DNA of 32,000 nt from Acholeplasma laidlawii PG-8A (GTDB lineage: Bacteria; Bacillota_I; Bacilli_A; Acholeplasmatales; Acholeplasmataceae): assembly GCF_000018785.1 (NCBI RefSeq), contig NC_010163.1, positions 1,290,001-1,322,000 on the forward strand. Direction: 5' to 3'. The notes under the pieces are model-generated. The model saw only the letters and a list, made by a program, of their open reading frames with translations, had not been told where the DNA came from and did no database searches. The position numbers and the translations under genes were made by a program. Each line of letters begins with the position of its first letter. Positions within the stretch are counted from its first letter, which is position 1. This document shows, in pieces, positions 1 to 11,488 of this stretch.

Positions 1-1086
1 AACTAAATCAGATGCATCGGGATATTTAAAACTCACATTTTCAAAAGTTAAACTTTCTACTTGTTCTTGTAAGTTTAACTTACCATCTGTAAGCTTAGTT
101 TTAGTTTGTAGCACTTCTAAAATACGGTTTGCTGATACTTGAGCACGTGGCATAATAACAAATATCATAACGAGCATCATAAATGCCATAATGACTTGCA
201 TTGCATATTGTGAGAAAATAATCATTGGCCCATATACTTCCATACGAGCTAATAATCCAACCATTGGATTTGTAAGATCTAGTGCGATATCACCAATTAA
301 TCCGCCACCAATCCAGTAGATCGCAAGCCCCACACCTGACATAACGAGTGTCATAGTAGGCATCATGAAACTCATGATTCTACCTGCAAACAAACTGTCA
401 TTCATTAAAGTATCACTAATACTGTTGATCTTATCTTTTTGAAACTTTTCAGCATTATAAGCTTTTATAACTCGTAAGCCTGATAAGTTTTCTCTTGAGT
501 GCTTATTGAGTTCATCTGTATTTTTTTGAATTTTTTTAAATCTTGGCATTGCAAGGAAGATGACCATTAATAAGACAACACTAATAACTAAAATAGCAAC
601 AACTGTTGATAATGTAAATTCCCATCTAGAGTCAGATATCTTATATATACTCCAAATCGCTAAAATAGGCGCTTTTAAGATGATTTGAGCACCAAGTGAG
701 ATAATCATCTGAACTTGGTTAATATCGTTTGTAGATCTTGTAATTAAACTAGGTGTTGAAAAGTTATTTATCTCTTCCATTGAAAACTCTGTTGTCTTTT
801 CAAAAATCTTAGAACGTAGTCTAGCACCAAATCTTGATGAGAGTCTAGCAAAGATTAAACCTACAACAACTGCAGATAATAAACTACCAAATGCAAGTCC
901 TAACATTTTTAATCCTTCTAATACAATATCCATAAGCACTGCATTTTCACCTAGTGCCATCCTTGAAATATTAAGCATGTATTGTGGTAGTTCTAATTCT
1001 AAATAGACTTGCCCCATAATAAGGACAAGTGAAAATAATATCCACAACCATTCTTTTAATGTAATATGTTTAAGTATTTTAATCAT
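1..1086 (-). CDS. ABC transporter permease/ATP-binding protein, multidrug-exporter type (N-terminal TM region, 3' end beyond window)
   Basis: Open minus-strand frame absent from the ORF track; reads MIKILKHITLKEWLWIYFSLVLIMGQVYLELELPQYMLNISRM... through SSRFGARLRSKIFEKTTEFSMEEINNFSTPSLITRSTNDINQVQ, typical of ABC exporter TM domains. Confidence 0.85.
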   Translation of the reverse strand, partial: MIKILKHITLKEWLWILFSLVLIMGQVYLELELPQYMLNISRMALGENAVLMDIVLEGLKMLGLAFGSLLSAVVVGLIFARLSSRFGARLRSKIFEKTTEFSMEEINNFSTPSLITRSTNDINQVQMIISLGAQIILKAPILAIWSIYKISDSRWEFTLSTVVAILVISVVLLMVIFLAMPRFKKIQKNTDELNKHSRENLSGLRVIKAYNAEKFQKDKINSISDTLMNDSLFAGRIMSFMMPTMTLVMSGVGLAIYWIGGGLIGDIALDLTNPMVGLLARMEVYGPMIIFSQYAMQVIMAFMMLVMIFVIMPRAQVSANRILEVLQTKTKLTDGKLNLQEQVESLTFENVSFKYPDASDLV

Positions 1087-1088
1087 TT

Positions 1089-1517
1089 TTAACCCTCTTC
1101 TTCTACGGTTATATTTTGCTTAATCTGGTCAATCACTCTAAAGAAGACTTCTAATTCTTCTTTAGAGATATTATCTTTAATTCTATTTTCCATTTCATCA
1201 AATTTTGATTTGATGTTTCGAATAATCTGGATTGATTTTTCGGTGGGTTTTATAATTTTCTTTCTTGAATCTTCTTTATCATCTATGCGAACAACCATAT
1301 CATTTTGCTCCATCGCTTTTAGCATTCTAGAGCATGTAGAACCCCTCATACTAAATGCTTGCTCTAAATCTTTAGAGTTTAAATCTTTATCTTTATGATG
1401 AATTAAGTACTTAACTATTGCAGCTTGCTGCATAGATAAGCTTTCTAGTTCAGATAATTTATGGGTATAACGAACCATTAGGTTCATCAAACTTTTAAGT
1501 TCAAGTCCAATATTCAA
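1089..1517 (-). CDS. MarR family transcriptional regulator
   Basis: 142 aa with winged-helix pattern (LNSKDLEQAFSMRGSTCSRMLKAMEQNDMVVRIDDKEDSRKKIIKPTEKS); directly upstream of the ABC exporter. Confidence 0.85.
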   Translation of the reverse strand: MNIGLELKSLMNLMVRYTHKLSELESLSMQQAAIVKYLIHHKDKDLNSKDLEQAFSMRGSTCSRMLKAMEQNDMVVRIDDKEDSRKKIIKPTEKSIQIIRNIKSKFDEMENRIKDNISKEELEVFFRVIDQIKQNITVEEEG

Positions 1518-1657
1518 GTCGGTACCTCCTTATTCATAATATAGTTAGCATGCTAATGATTATATAGTTTTTATAGATAATGTCAAATCATTTGTTTTTG
1601 TTTTTTTCATATTCGAAATATCTTTAATTTTTACATAATTAAAGCAATATAAAAATA

Positions 1658-1690
1658 AAAAACTTACCACATACGAACCGGTAAGTTTTT
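1658..1690 (-). terminator. Rho-independent terminator after the 1730..2044 gene
   Basis: 11-bp stem AAAAACTTACC/GGTAAGTTTTT, with a T-rich tract on the minus-strand 3' side. Confidence 0.7.
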
Positions 1691-1729
1691 AAAATTATGT
1701 AATGGTTTCTATGAGAAAAAATTAACTAT

Positions 1730-2044
1730 TTATGAAAGTTCAATATTATAAGTTCCTAATTCCAAATGGAAGGTACCACCATGCCTGATTGAATACTTAC
1801 TTCTTACTAAGACCCTCACATGATTGGTAGTGTTAATCTTGACTTTTTCTGATTGTCTGATTACACCTTTAGGATCCGTGGATACACCCCAAGTTAAAAA
1901 ACAAGTCACTAATGTTTTGTCAGTTGTTCTACTCACGATTTCTCCATTGTTTATAACTCCAACATAGTGATCATCTAAATATATATAAACAGGAACTAGT
2001 GCATTCATAAATTTCTTATCCCTTTTAAATTCAATCTTCCCCAT
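1730..2044 (-). CDS. hypothetical protein
   Basis: 104-aa ORF followed by a terminator hairpin; no family recognised. Confidence 0.6.
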   Translation of the reverse strand: MGKIEFKRDKKFMNALVPVYIYLDDHYVGVINNGEIVSRTTDKTLVTCFLTWGVSTDPKGVIRQSEKVKINTTNHVRVLVRSKYSIRHGGTFHLELGTYNIELS

Positions 2045-2242
2045 ATAATTATCTTCCTATCATATTGATGTAATCTATATTAATTTAATCATATCATTTT
2101 TTAATCATAAACAATTATCAAAACATAAATACCAAGATATATTCAAATGACCAAAGTGCTTTTTATGAGTTATGGTTGGAATAGATTCGTTTGGTATGTT
2201 ATAATACATAGTTATTTAAATATCTATATAAAAGGGGTTAAC

Positions 2243-4786
2243 ATGAAATATATTAAAGCCATAACCATGATGCTACTACTAATCTTCTTAGTATCATGTA
2301 CAACGACTGATGAAGTCACTTATGAAATACTGATTAATGAAGCTACACCAACCACTTACGAAGTTGGTGCTTCTATTACCTATACTGACTTTTTTATCAT
2401 CAAAGACAGTCTAGGAAATAGGATAACTATCGAAGAATCTATGTTAGATGTATCTTTAGTTGATATGTCTAAGGCAGGTAGTTATATCATTAAAATTTCT
2501 TTTGAAGGTTTGAAAAATGAAGTAACTATTACTGTAACAGCACCCGAGGAAGAAATTACTTATACACTAGCTATTAATGAATCACTTCCAACTACGTTAG
2601 AATTAAATGATTCAGACATTGATTTTAAAGCTTACTTTACAATTACTGATTCTAAAGGTAACTTCATTGAAGTATTAGAATCTATGATCGATAGTTCAAA
2701 CGTTAATCTAAATGAAGTGGGTACTTATAACTTAGTATTAAATTACCAAGGTTTAAGTAAAACTGTTGTTTTAGAGGTCGTTGATAACACACCTGTTATA
2801 ACATATACTGTTGTAGTAAATGATGCGCTACCTACTGAATTTACATTAGGTACCACAGATATTGATTTTAAAACTTACTTTATTATTGTAGATTCTAATG
2901 GAACAACGATTGAAGTTACTGATGATATGTTAGATTTATCACTCGTAGACTTTACTAAGGTGGGTACATTTAGTATTACATTTAACTTCAATGATATTGA
3001 GCATATTTTAGAGTTTGAAGTAATACCACCTGACTTTATGTATGCAAGTGATTTATTTATTAGTGAATACTCAGAAGGTAGTAACTATAATAAGTATATT
3101 GAAATCTTTAATGGTACAGGAAAACATATTAACTTATCAGAATATAGTGTAAAACTATTTAATAATGGTGCGAGTACGCCTCAATATGAGTTTGCACTAA
3201 GTGGTGTATTAAATGATGGAGAAACTTATATTATTTATAACGGTGCTGCAAATACCACCATTAAAAATAGTGGTGATGCGAGTCACCAAGTAATCTCATT
3301 TAACGGTAATGATCCGATCGCTTTATATAAAAATGATGTTTTAATTGATGTTGTAGGTATCATGGATACCCCTGTATCTGATGGATATAATGCAGGTGGC
3401 GTTGTTAATGCTACCAAAGATAATACGATTGTAAGAAAATCAGATGTTTTTGGACCAAATGCTACATGGACTGAAGATGAGTGGTTAGTCTTAGGTTTTG
3501 AAGTTTATACAAATCTAAAACTACATGAAATGGATTATTATCATCTACCAGAAGAAATTGCTAGAATACCAGATTTATATATCTCAGAATATTTTGAAGG
3601 TGATGGCATCTATGCCACTTCAAAATATATTGAGATTTATAACAGTTTAGGTTATGATGTAGATTTATCTAATTACCGTGTTGAACTTTACAGTAATGGT
3701 AGTTTAACACCTACCTATACTCAAAACTTAACTGGTACATTAAAGCATAAAGAAGTTTACGTCATTTATGCACCACTTAGTCTAGATGATATTAAATTAC
3801 TAGGCAACCTTTCTAGTGAAGTTGCAAACTTCACTGGACGTGATGCACTTACTTTAGTTAAGGATAACGTCATCATTGATGTCTTTGGAGTGATTGGTGA
3901 GACACCAAATGAAAATGGTTGGTTGATTGAAGGTACTAAAGGTAGTGTTAACTATACTGTCGTTAGAATACCTGAAGTGACCGGACCAATTGGTACTTGG
4001 GATATAAATGACTGGAAAGTCACTTACCAAAACGACTTATCTGATTTAGGTAAACATAACTTTACCTATGAAGATCAAGTGATTGAAGACTTTGACATTC
4101 TATTTAACTTAATTAAAGGTTTAGAACTTAACAGTAAAGGTACTGCAGCGAGTGCTTATAGTATCACAATTAAAGGTACAGTATTCATGGATGTTCAAAA
4201 TGAAACTACATTAGTATATATGACTGATGGTAAAAACTTCATTAAACTTCATGGTGCAAAGATTCATAACTACACATCGTTAAACACTGTTTATGAAGTG
4301 AAGGGTAACTATAAGTCACACCTTTACATCCCTACATTTGAAGTCATCAATCCTGGCACTGACATTACTGCAATATCTAGTGCAACACCCGTATCTAAAA
4401 TTACAGTTAAAGAGGTAAGTTTAAGTACTATCCTAAACTTAAAACTAGAAAACTTTGTAGAAAACATCAACAATGGTTATCTACAATCCATGCTTAAAGT
4501 TACAGGTTATCTACAATTAGATACCCATAACTCTACAAGATGGGATTACGCATTAACAGTTACTGAAACTTATACTAAAAATAATACACAATATATTAAT
4601 AATGGTCTATACTTTAAAAATGATATTGGTGAATTAGAAGATACGTTAATTGACTATGAAGTCAATCTAGAATATGAAAATGTCGAAGTGTCTGTATTTG
4701 GGGTTATCTATGACTGGAATCCAAACCGTAAAAACTGGAGACTTTATGTTTCTAACACCTTAACAGCAGATTTTTTACTAACTTAA
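2243..4786 (+). CDS. surface lipoprotein with three Ig-like repeats and two lamin-tail-like domains
   Basis: ATG at 2243 preceded by AAAGGGG RBS; lipobox-like signal MKYIKAITMMLLLIFLVSC; repeated INE..PTT...DFKAYFTITDSKGN units; DLFISEYSEGSNYNKYIEIFN and DLYISEYFEGDGIYATSKYIEIYN. The ORF track starts at 2147 but 2243 is better supported. Confidence 0.85.
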   Translation: MKYIKAITMMLLLIFLVSCTTTDEVTYEILINEATPTTYEVGASITYTDFFIIKDSLGNRITIEESMLDVSLVDMSKAGSYIIKISFEGLKNEVTITVTAPEEEITYTLAINESLPTTLELNDSDIDFKAYFTITDSKGNFIEVLESMIDSSNVNLNEVGTYNLVLNYQGLSKTVVLEVVDNTPVITYTVVVNDALPTEFTLGTTDIDFKTYFIIVDSNGTTIEVTDDMLDLSLVDFTKVGTFSITFNFNDIEHILEFEVIPPDFMYASDLFISEYSEGSNYNKYIEIFNGTGKHINLSEYSVKLFNNGASTPQYEFALSGVLNDGETYIIYNGAANTTIKNSGDASHQVISFNGNDPIALYKNDVLIDVVGIMDTPVSDGYNAGGVVNATKDNTIVRKSDVFGPNATWTEDEWLVLGFEVYTNLKLHEMDYYHLPEEIARIPDLYISEYFEGDGIYATSKYIEIYNSLGYDVDLSNYRVELYSNGSLTPTYTQNLTGTLKHKEVYVIYAPLSLDDIKLLGNLSSEVANFTGRDALTLVKDNVIIDVFGVIGETPNENGWLIEGTKGSVNYTVVRIPEVTGPIGTWDINDWKVTYQNDLSDLGKHNFTYEDQVIEDFDILFNLIKGLELNSKGTAASAYSITIKGTVFMDVQNETTLVYMTDGKNFIKLHGAKIHNYTSLNTVYEVKGNYKSHLYIPTFEVINPGTDITAISSATPVSKITVKEVSLSTILNLKLENFVENINNGYLQSMLKVTGYLQLDTHNSTRWDYALTVTETYTKNNTQYINNGLYFKNDIGELEDTLIDYEVNLEYENVEVSVFGVIYDWNPNRKNWRLYVSNTLTADFLLT

Positions 4787-4800
4787 CTAAATCTATAAAT

Positions 4801-4837
4801 AAAACAGGTGGTGCAATTATCTTGCACCACCTGTTTT
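4801..4837. terminator. Bidirectional terminator between convergent genes
   Basis: 16-bp perfect stem AAAACAGGTGGTGCAA-ttatc-TTGCACCACCTGTTTT. Confidence 0.9.
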
Positions 4838-4838
4838 A

Positions 4839-5510
4839 CTACTCATATATCATATCATCTAAAAAGTAAGGTTCCATTTCACTTCTACCTACATCCGTTA
4901 AGGTATATATACCCCTAGAAACTCTTACAAACCACTTATAGTAATTCTTGGTTAATATATTAGGTACATCTTTTATGCCAGTATATAAGGTGATTTCTTT
5001 AGGGGACTTTTCACCAGATAGGTAAAGATACTTAGCGACTTCTATAACTCTTTCTTTATAGTGAGTCATAACCTTACCACTAGTTCCGCCTATATTAGAT
5101 TGACTTTTTCTTAATGAAAATTCTTTGATTAATTTTTCTTTTTGTTTCTTACTTGAATTGATACTTTTCTTTAAATCAAATCCAAAAGTCTCTATTATAA
5201 CTTCTGCATGCGTACCAACAGCAATCAGTCCGATTTCTAAACGTTTTAGTAAGTTCATGAAGTCTTTTGCAGAACCTCTTCTTGAACCAATTACCTTTTT
5301 TGGTAAGGCAACATAGACTTTATCTGCTATTCTTTGCCTGTCGATTGCTTGGTAAATTAGTTTTAATGAAATGGTTGTTTTAAGTTCAACAATCACTATA
5401 TAGTTATCTTTGATTGCAGTGATGTCTGTTTTAAGAATTTCTGCCTTTACTTCAAAGCCTTGACTTTCAAGTAGAGTTTTACAGGGTTCATATAGATCTG
5501 TTTCTTTCAT
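4839..5510 (-). CDS. DUF2161-like putative PD-(D/E)XK-type nuclease-fold protein
   Basis: N-terminus LYEPCKTLLESQGFEVKAEILKTDITAIKDNYIVIVELKTTISLKLIYQAIDRQRIADKVYVALP; D...E-x-K (VELK) pattern. Confidence 0.7.
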   Translation of the reverse strand: MKETDLYEPCKTLLESQGFEVKAEILKTDITAIKDNYIVIVELKTTISLKLIYQAIDRQRIADKVYVALPKKVIGSRRGSAKDFMNLLKRLEIGLIAVGTHAEVIIETFGFDLKKSINSSKKQKEKLIKEFSLRKSQSNIGGTSGKVMTHYKERVIEVAKYLYLSGEKSPKEITLYTGIKDVPNILTKNYYKWFVRVSRGIYTLTDVGRSEMEPYFLDDMIYE

Positions 5511-5534
5511 TAAAATCCTCCATTAAACTTAACC

Positions 5535-6245
5535 TTAATCCTTATTGTAGGTCCAGCCAAAATCATTATGATAAATCATTAATTTAGACATGCCACCATC
5601 AACTCTAATATTTTCACCTGTGATGAAGCTTGCTTTAGTTGAACATAAAAAGGTAACAAGGTTTGCAACATCAGATGGTTTTCCAACATTGCCTACTGGA
5701 TGTTGAAGTGCATCTGGACCTTCATAAGCAGTTGATGTGGTGTTGATCCAACCAGGAGAAATACTATTTACTCTAACACGGCCTTGAAGCGTTATTGCAA
5801 GTGCATGAGTAAGGGCTTTAATACCACCTTTAGCAGCTGTGTAACTTTCTGTGTTTGGTTGGCTTTGATTATCTCTTGAAGAAGATATATTGATAATGAC
5901 TGCACCTTCATTAAATTCTTTATTAAACAGTTTAGTTAAGTAAAATGGTGCGAGTATTCCAATAGAAAGTGATTTTTGAAAACCCTCATAAGAAGCATCT
6001 TCTAACCCCAACATCGTTGGCGGTGCATTATTTATTAAAAAATCTATTTTTCCAAACTCTTTAAGTACTTTTTGTGTAAATTTTTCTAAAACTATTCTAT
6101 CTGATATATCTCCAACAAAGTATGGATTGTCTTTAATATCAATTACAGCAACTCTAGCACCTAATGATTCAAAACTATCAGCAATAGCTTTTCCTATACC
6201 ACTAGCGCCACCCGTTATCACAGCTACTTTATCTTTAAAACACAT
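5535..6245 (-). CDS. SDR family oxidoreductase
   Basis: Rossmann motif VITGGASGIGKAI; NNAPP; YTAAKGGIKALTHALA; PGWI. Confidence 0.9.
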   Translation of the reverse strand: MCFKDKVAVITGGASGIGKAIADSFESLGARVAVIDIKDNPYFVGDISDRIVLEKFTQKVLKEFGKIDFLINNAPPTMLGLEDASYEGFQKSLSIGILAPFYLTKLFNKEFNEGAVIINISSSRDNQSQPNTESYTAAKGGIKALTHALAITLQGRVRVNSISPGWINTTSTAYEGPDALQHPVGNVGKPSDVANLVTFLCSTKASFITGENIRVDGGMSKLMIYHNDFGWTYNKD

Positions 6246-6260
6246 GATACTATCTCCTTA

Positions 6261-6716
6261 CTACTTATTTAATATGGTTTCTATTTCTGAAACATGAATC
6301 AATTTATCTTGATCATAATATAGATGCATCTGGAAGGGTTCTTCTTGATCTAACTTTTCTAGAAAATAATAATCACCTTCCCACATAGGTAACTGTCTTA
6401 ATTTATCTTTTTCTACCCATGTAAGATTCCCTTCTTCACTACTTTTAAGTACTCCTTTAAATTCTAGTGCCTTATAAAGTATCATATGTTCTTTATAGTC
6501 TTTAGAATGAAAATAGATGTTTCCCTTAAAGATTGGTTTAATAACTAAACCAGTCTCTTCAAAAGCCTCTCTTATTGCCGCTTCTATAGGTGATTCATCC
6601 GATTCAATTTTACCGCCAACACCCATGTATTTATTATAGTTCATATCCTTTTTCTGCTTATGAATTAATAAATACTTATGGTTTTGTTCAATATATATTA
6701 AAACCGTTCTTTTCAT
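6261..6716 (-). CDS. NUDIX hydrolase (MutT/8-oxo-dGTP diphosphatase-like)
   Basis: Nudix box GGKIESDESPIEAAIREAFEETGL. Confidence 0.9.
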   Translation of the reverse strand: MKRTVLIYIEQNHKYLLIHKQKKDMNYNKYMGVGGKIESDESPIEAAIREAFEETGLVIKPIFKGNIYFHSKDYKEHMILYKALEFKGVLKSSEEGNLTWVEKDKLRQLPMWEGDYYFLEKLDQEEPFQMHLYYDQDKLIHVSEIETILNK

Positions 6717-6810
6717 GATTTTTATCCTTTAAATTATATGCACATTAATTATAGCACAATAAAAATCATGAAATAAACTTGATTAAGTACTGCTTATTGT
6801 TATATAAAAA

Positions 6811-6847
6811 TAAAATGGCTATACAGTATTCTTGTAAAGCCATTTTA
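6811..6847 (-). terminator. Putative terminator hairpin
   Basis: TAAAATGGCT ... AGCCATTTTA, 10-bp stem immediately 3' of the 6852..7073 gene. Confidence 0.6.
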
Positions 6848-6851
6848 TTAA

Positions 6852-7073
6852 TTACTTTAAAGGTTCATCTAAAAACTGTTTTAGATAAGCGATTAAATCA
6901 TCATCATTTGTAGTTGTATAGTATTCACCATCACTTTTAGTATATACATCTGTATACATACCGTTAACAAGTACTACTATAGCCTCTCCATAAGGTTCTG
7001 GGTGCTCATGTGTTGATACAACTAAATGTTTTGGCACTCTTATTAAAACTGAATCATCACTACTTAAATGCAT
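6852..7073 (-). CDS. hypothetical protein
   Basis: 73-aa ORF followed by a terminator-like hairpin. Confidence 0.5.
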   Translation of the reverse strand: MHLSSDDSVLIRVPKHLVVSTHEHPEPYGEAIVVLVNGMYTDVYTKSDGEYYTTTNDDDLIAYLKQFLDEPLK

Positions 7074-7123
7074 ATTATATGCTCCCCTTTTTAATATTAA
7101 TTATTATCTATAGAACAATTAAT

Positions 7124-7462
7124 TTATTTTTTAATGCCCATACCATAACCACTTATTTGGATAATACCTTCTGCTGTAATATCATGATCTTGTTCCGAGC
7201 CAGCATTAACCCTGCTCCAATTAGAGGTTTTTAAAATGTACTTATCATTTTTATATAAAAGTTTGTATGCAAATCCACCACACATACCTGGTATTCCAAA
7301 CCAGCCACTATCAACTATATCCAAATCTAACGTCTTTATTAGATCTTTTACAGTGGGATATTCTATTTTATAATGTGTCATTGCCTCTTGCGCCTCATAA
7401 GCACGAACCTTATCATTAATCAGTTCATGAAAATAAGCGAGAATTTTATCTAAATCATCCAT
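7124..7462 (-). CDS. hypothetical protein
   Basis: 112-aa ORF, same direction as neighbours; no family recognised. Confidence 0.55.
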   Translation of the reverse strand: MDDLDKILAYFHELINDKVRAYEAQEAMTHYKIEYPTVKDLIKTLDLDIVDSGWFGIPGMCGGFAYKLLYKNDKYILKTSNWSRVNAGSEQDHDITAEGIIQISGYGMGIKK

Positions 7463-7563
7463 TTATCTATCATTCTCCTTTTTATGGATTCATAATATTG
7501 CCTTATTATAGATGGTTTATCTAGTTAAATTATATCATCATTTTCATTTGTTTATAAAAAATA

Positions 7564-7603
7564 CCCGAAGACGATATGTATATACATATCAATCGCCTTC
7601 GGG
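7564..7603 (-). terminator. groESL operon terminator
   Basis: CCCGAAG...CTTCGGG hairpin with extra internal pairing (CGATATG/CATATc), followed on the minus strand by TATTTTTTA. Confidence 0.8.
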
Positions 7604-7616
7604 CATCTTATATTTT

Positions 7617-9513
<1,897 letters not shown>

Positions 9514-9529
9514 AATATCACCTCCAATT

Positions 9530-9556
9530 CTGGCACACTGTAGTTTAGAGTGCCAA
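9530..9556 (-). promoter_or_regulatory. CIRCE-like HrcA operator upstream of groES
   Basis: CTGGCACAC-N9-GAGTGCCAA, matching the TTAGCACTC-N9-GAGTGCTAA architecture with exact 9-nt spacing and a few substitutions. Confidence 0.8.
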
Positions 9557-9679
9557 TCTAGTTATTATTATAACCAAAATAAAACGGTTGTCAAGTATTC
9601 ACTTTAAAAAATGCAATTTTTATGCATGCTAATAAAAACAACTTTCATCTTTAACATTTACATGAATATTCTATAATAA

Positions 9680-9746
9680 ATAAAGCGCAATACATTGCAT
9701 AATATACGTTAAATATCGTATAAATGAGCAATGTATTGCGCTTTAT
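9680..9746. repeat. Long perfect inverted repeat / nested hairpin
   Basis: ATAAAGCGCAATACATTGC (9680-9698) and its exact reverse complement (9728-9746), with ATACG...CGTAT nested in the loop. Confidence 0.85.
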
Positions 9747-9758
9747 ATTATGTAATAC

Positions 9759-10715
9759 TTATTTAATTTTATTATATCGTCTTAAAGGTACATACTTGGA
9801 AACTTTATGAATATAGTCCTTATACATTGGATATTTACTTAATGAAATATTTTCAGAAAATAAAGAACTACCCATAAATAATAATATAAGTACCATCGCA
9901 CCAACTAGTGTCCAGTTAAAGAATATATAACTAGCTACTCCTGCACTGATAGTAAACAGATATAAGACTATCCAAATAGCTTGTTCAGAAAAATAGTTGG
10001 GATGTCTAGAACGTTCCCAAAGACCTTGAGTATTAAACCCTAAATTATATGGTGCAGGTAGATCTTTTAAACTTTTCCCTTCCTTTAAAAGGCTATATTT
10101 TTTGGTTTGAAACGACATCTGCTGTCTATCTGCAATTGTCTCTAATATAATAAAGCCTAACAAGAGTGCTGCAATCAATCCATCAAATATGTTAAAAGCC
10201 ATAGCAGATTCCATAACCGCTAAAAGCGGTAATGTAATTGCAAGTACTAAGGCATTTTGAAATACTGAAATAAATACTAAATCAAATAAAGCCCACTTCC
10301 ACTTTTTATTAAGTTTAGGGTCTTTTCTTAAAACTATCCATCTATAGTCTTCTTCACCTGCCCAAAACTTAAAAGAATACGCGCCCTTTTTAGCAAAGTT
10401 TAAGGTAAGTCTAACACCCCATATTGTAATAAGTAGAGCCATTACAATTAACCTTGGGTGCATTGATCCTTTTACCGCTACTATCCATGCATATGCTATC
10501 GGTAAAATAGACCATAATTTATCCATTTGAGAATTATTTCCTGATAATTCTCCTACGATAAAACAATAAGCCATACTGATACCACACACAATTACCAGTA
10601 TATTTAGTGTCTCTTTTTGAAGGTTTGTTAAGTCAAATCCTCCAAATACAAAACCTAGTACAGACAATGTCAGTGCTAAAACAACCATAATGATTGTCAA
10701 CAATCTTCTCTTCAT
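9759..10715 (-). CDS. DUF1295 domain-containing membrane protein (steroid 5-alpha reductase-like)
   Basis: Multi-TM; WGVRLTLNF...GEEDYRWIVLRKDP and GLNTQGLWERSRHPNYFSEQAIWI motifs. Confidence 0.85.
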   Translation of the reverse strand: MKRRLLTIIMVVLALTLSVLGFVFGGFDLTNLQKETLNILVIVCGISMAYCFIVGELSGNNSQMDKLWSILPIAYAWIVAVKGSMHPRLIVMALLITIWGVRLTLNFAKKGAYSFKFWAGEEDYRWIVLRKDPKLNKKWKWALFDLVFISVFQNALVLAITLPLLAVMESAMAFNIFDGLIAALLLGFIILETIADRQQMSFQTKKYSLLKEGKSLKDLPAPYNLGFNTQGLWERSRHPNYFSEQAIWIVLYLFTISAGVASYIFFNWTLVGAMVLILLFMGSSLFSENISLSKYPMYKDYIHKVSKYVPLRRYNKIK

Positions 10716-10765
10716 ACTTGTCCCCTTTTATTAAAATAGTATTTTGTATTTATTATACAATAAAT

Positions 10766-11488
10766 TTACTTTATAAAGTTTTTAGTACGTTCCATTTTTG
10801 GATTATCAAAAATTTCTGTTGGTGTACCTTCTTCAACAATCAATCCTTGATCCATAAATATGATTCTACTAGATACCTCTTTTGCAAATTGCATTTCATG
10901 TGTGACAATAATCATTGTCATACCTTCATTTACTAAATCTTTCATGACTTGTAATACTTCACCAGTTAATTCAGGATCTAGTGCAGAAGTGGGTTCATCA
11001 AATAGTATAATTTGTGGATTCATACATAATGCTCTGGCAATTGCCACTCTTTGCTTTTGTCCACCAGATAAGGTGTCTATCTTTTTATATGCAAATGATT
11101 TCATGCCTACTTTATCAAGTAATTTTAATGCTAATTCATTTGCATCTTCTTTCGTCATTTTAAGCAATTTGATGGGTGCAAGTGTACAGTTATCGATAAC
11201 ATTTTTATTATTAAATAAATTAAAAGACTGAAACACCATACCAATCTTCATTCTTAATTGATCCAAGTTTGTACTCGGATCCATGAGATCACTTTCATTA
11301 AATATAATTTGTCCACTATCAGCTTCATTTAATAAGTTTAAACATCTTAGTAGTGTAGTTTTTCCACTTCCAGATGAACCTATAATAGTGACAACATCAC
11401 CTTCATTAATTTTTAAATTAATATCTTTTAAAACATGGTGTGAACCAAAATGTTTAGATAAATTTTTAACCTCTAAGATATTACGCAT
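10766..11488 (-). CDS. amino acid ABC transporter ATP-binding protein (GlnQ/ArtP-like)
   Basis: Walker [13 protein letters not shown]; signature [15 protein letters not shown]; Walker [16 protein letters not shown]. Confidence 0.95.
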   Translation of the reverse strand: MRNILEVKNLSKHFGSHHVLKDINLKINEGDVVTIIGSSGSGKTTLLRCLNLLNEADSGQIIFNESDLMDPSTNLDQLRMKIGMVFQSFNLFNNKNVIDNCTLAPIKLLKMTKEDANELALKLLDKVGMKSFAYKKIDTLSGGQKQRVAIARALCMNPQIILFDEPTSALDPELTGEVLQVMKDLVNEGMTMIIVTHEMQFAKEVSSRIIFMDQGLIVEEGTPTEIFDNPKMERTKNFIK

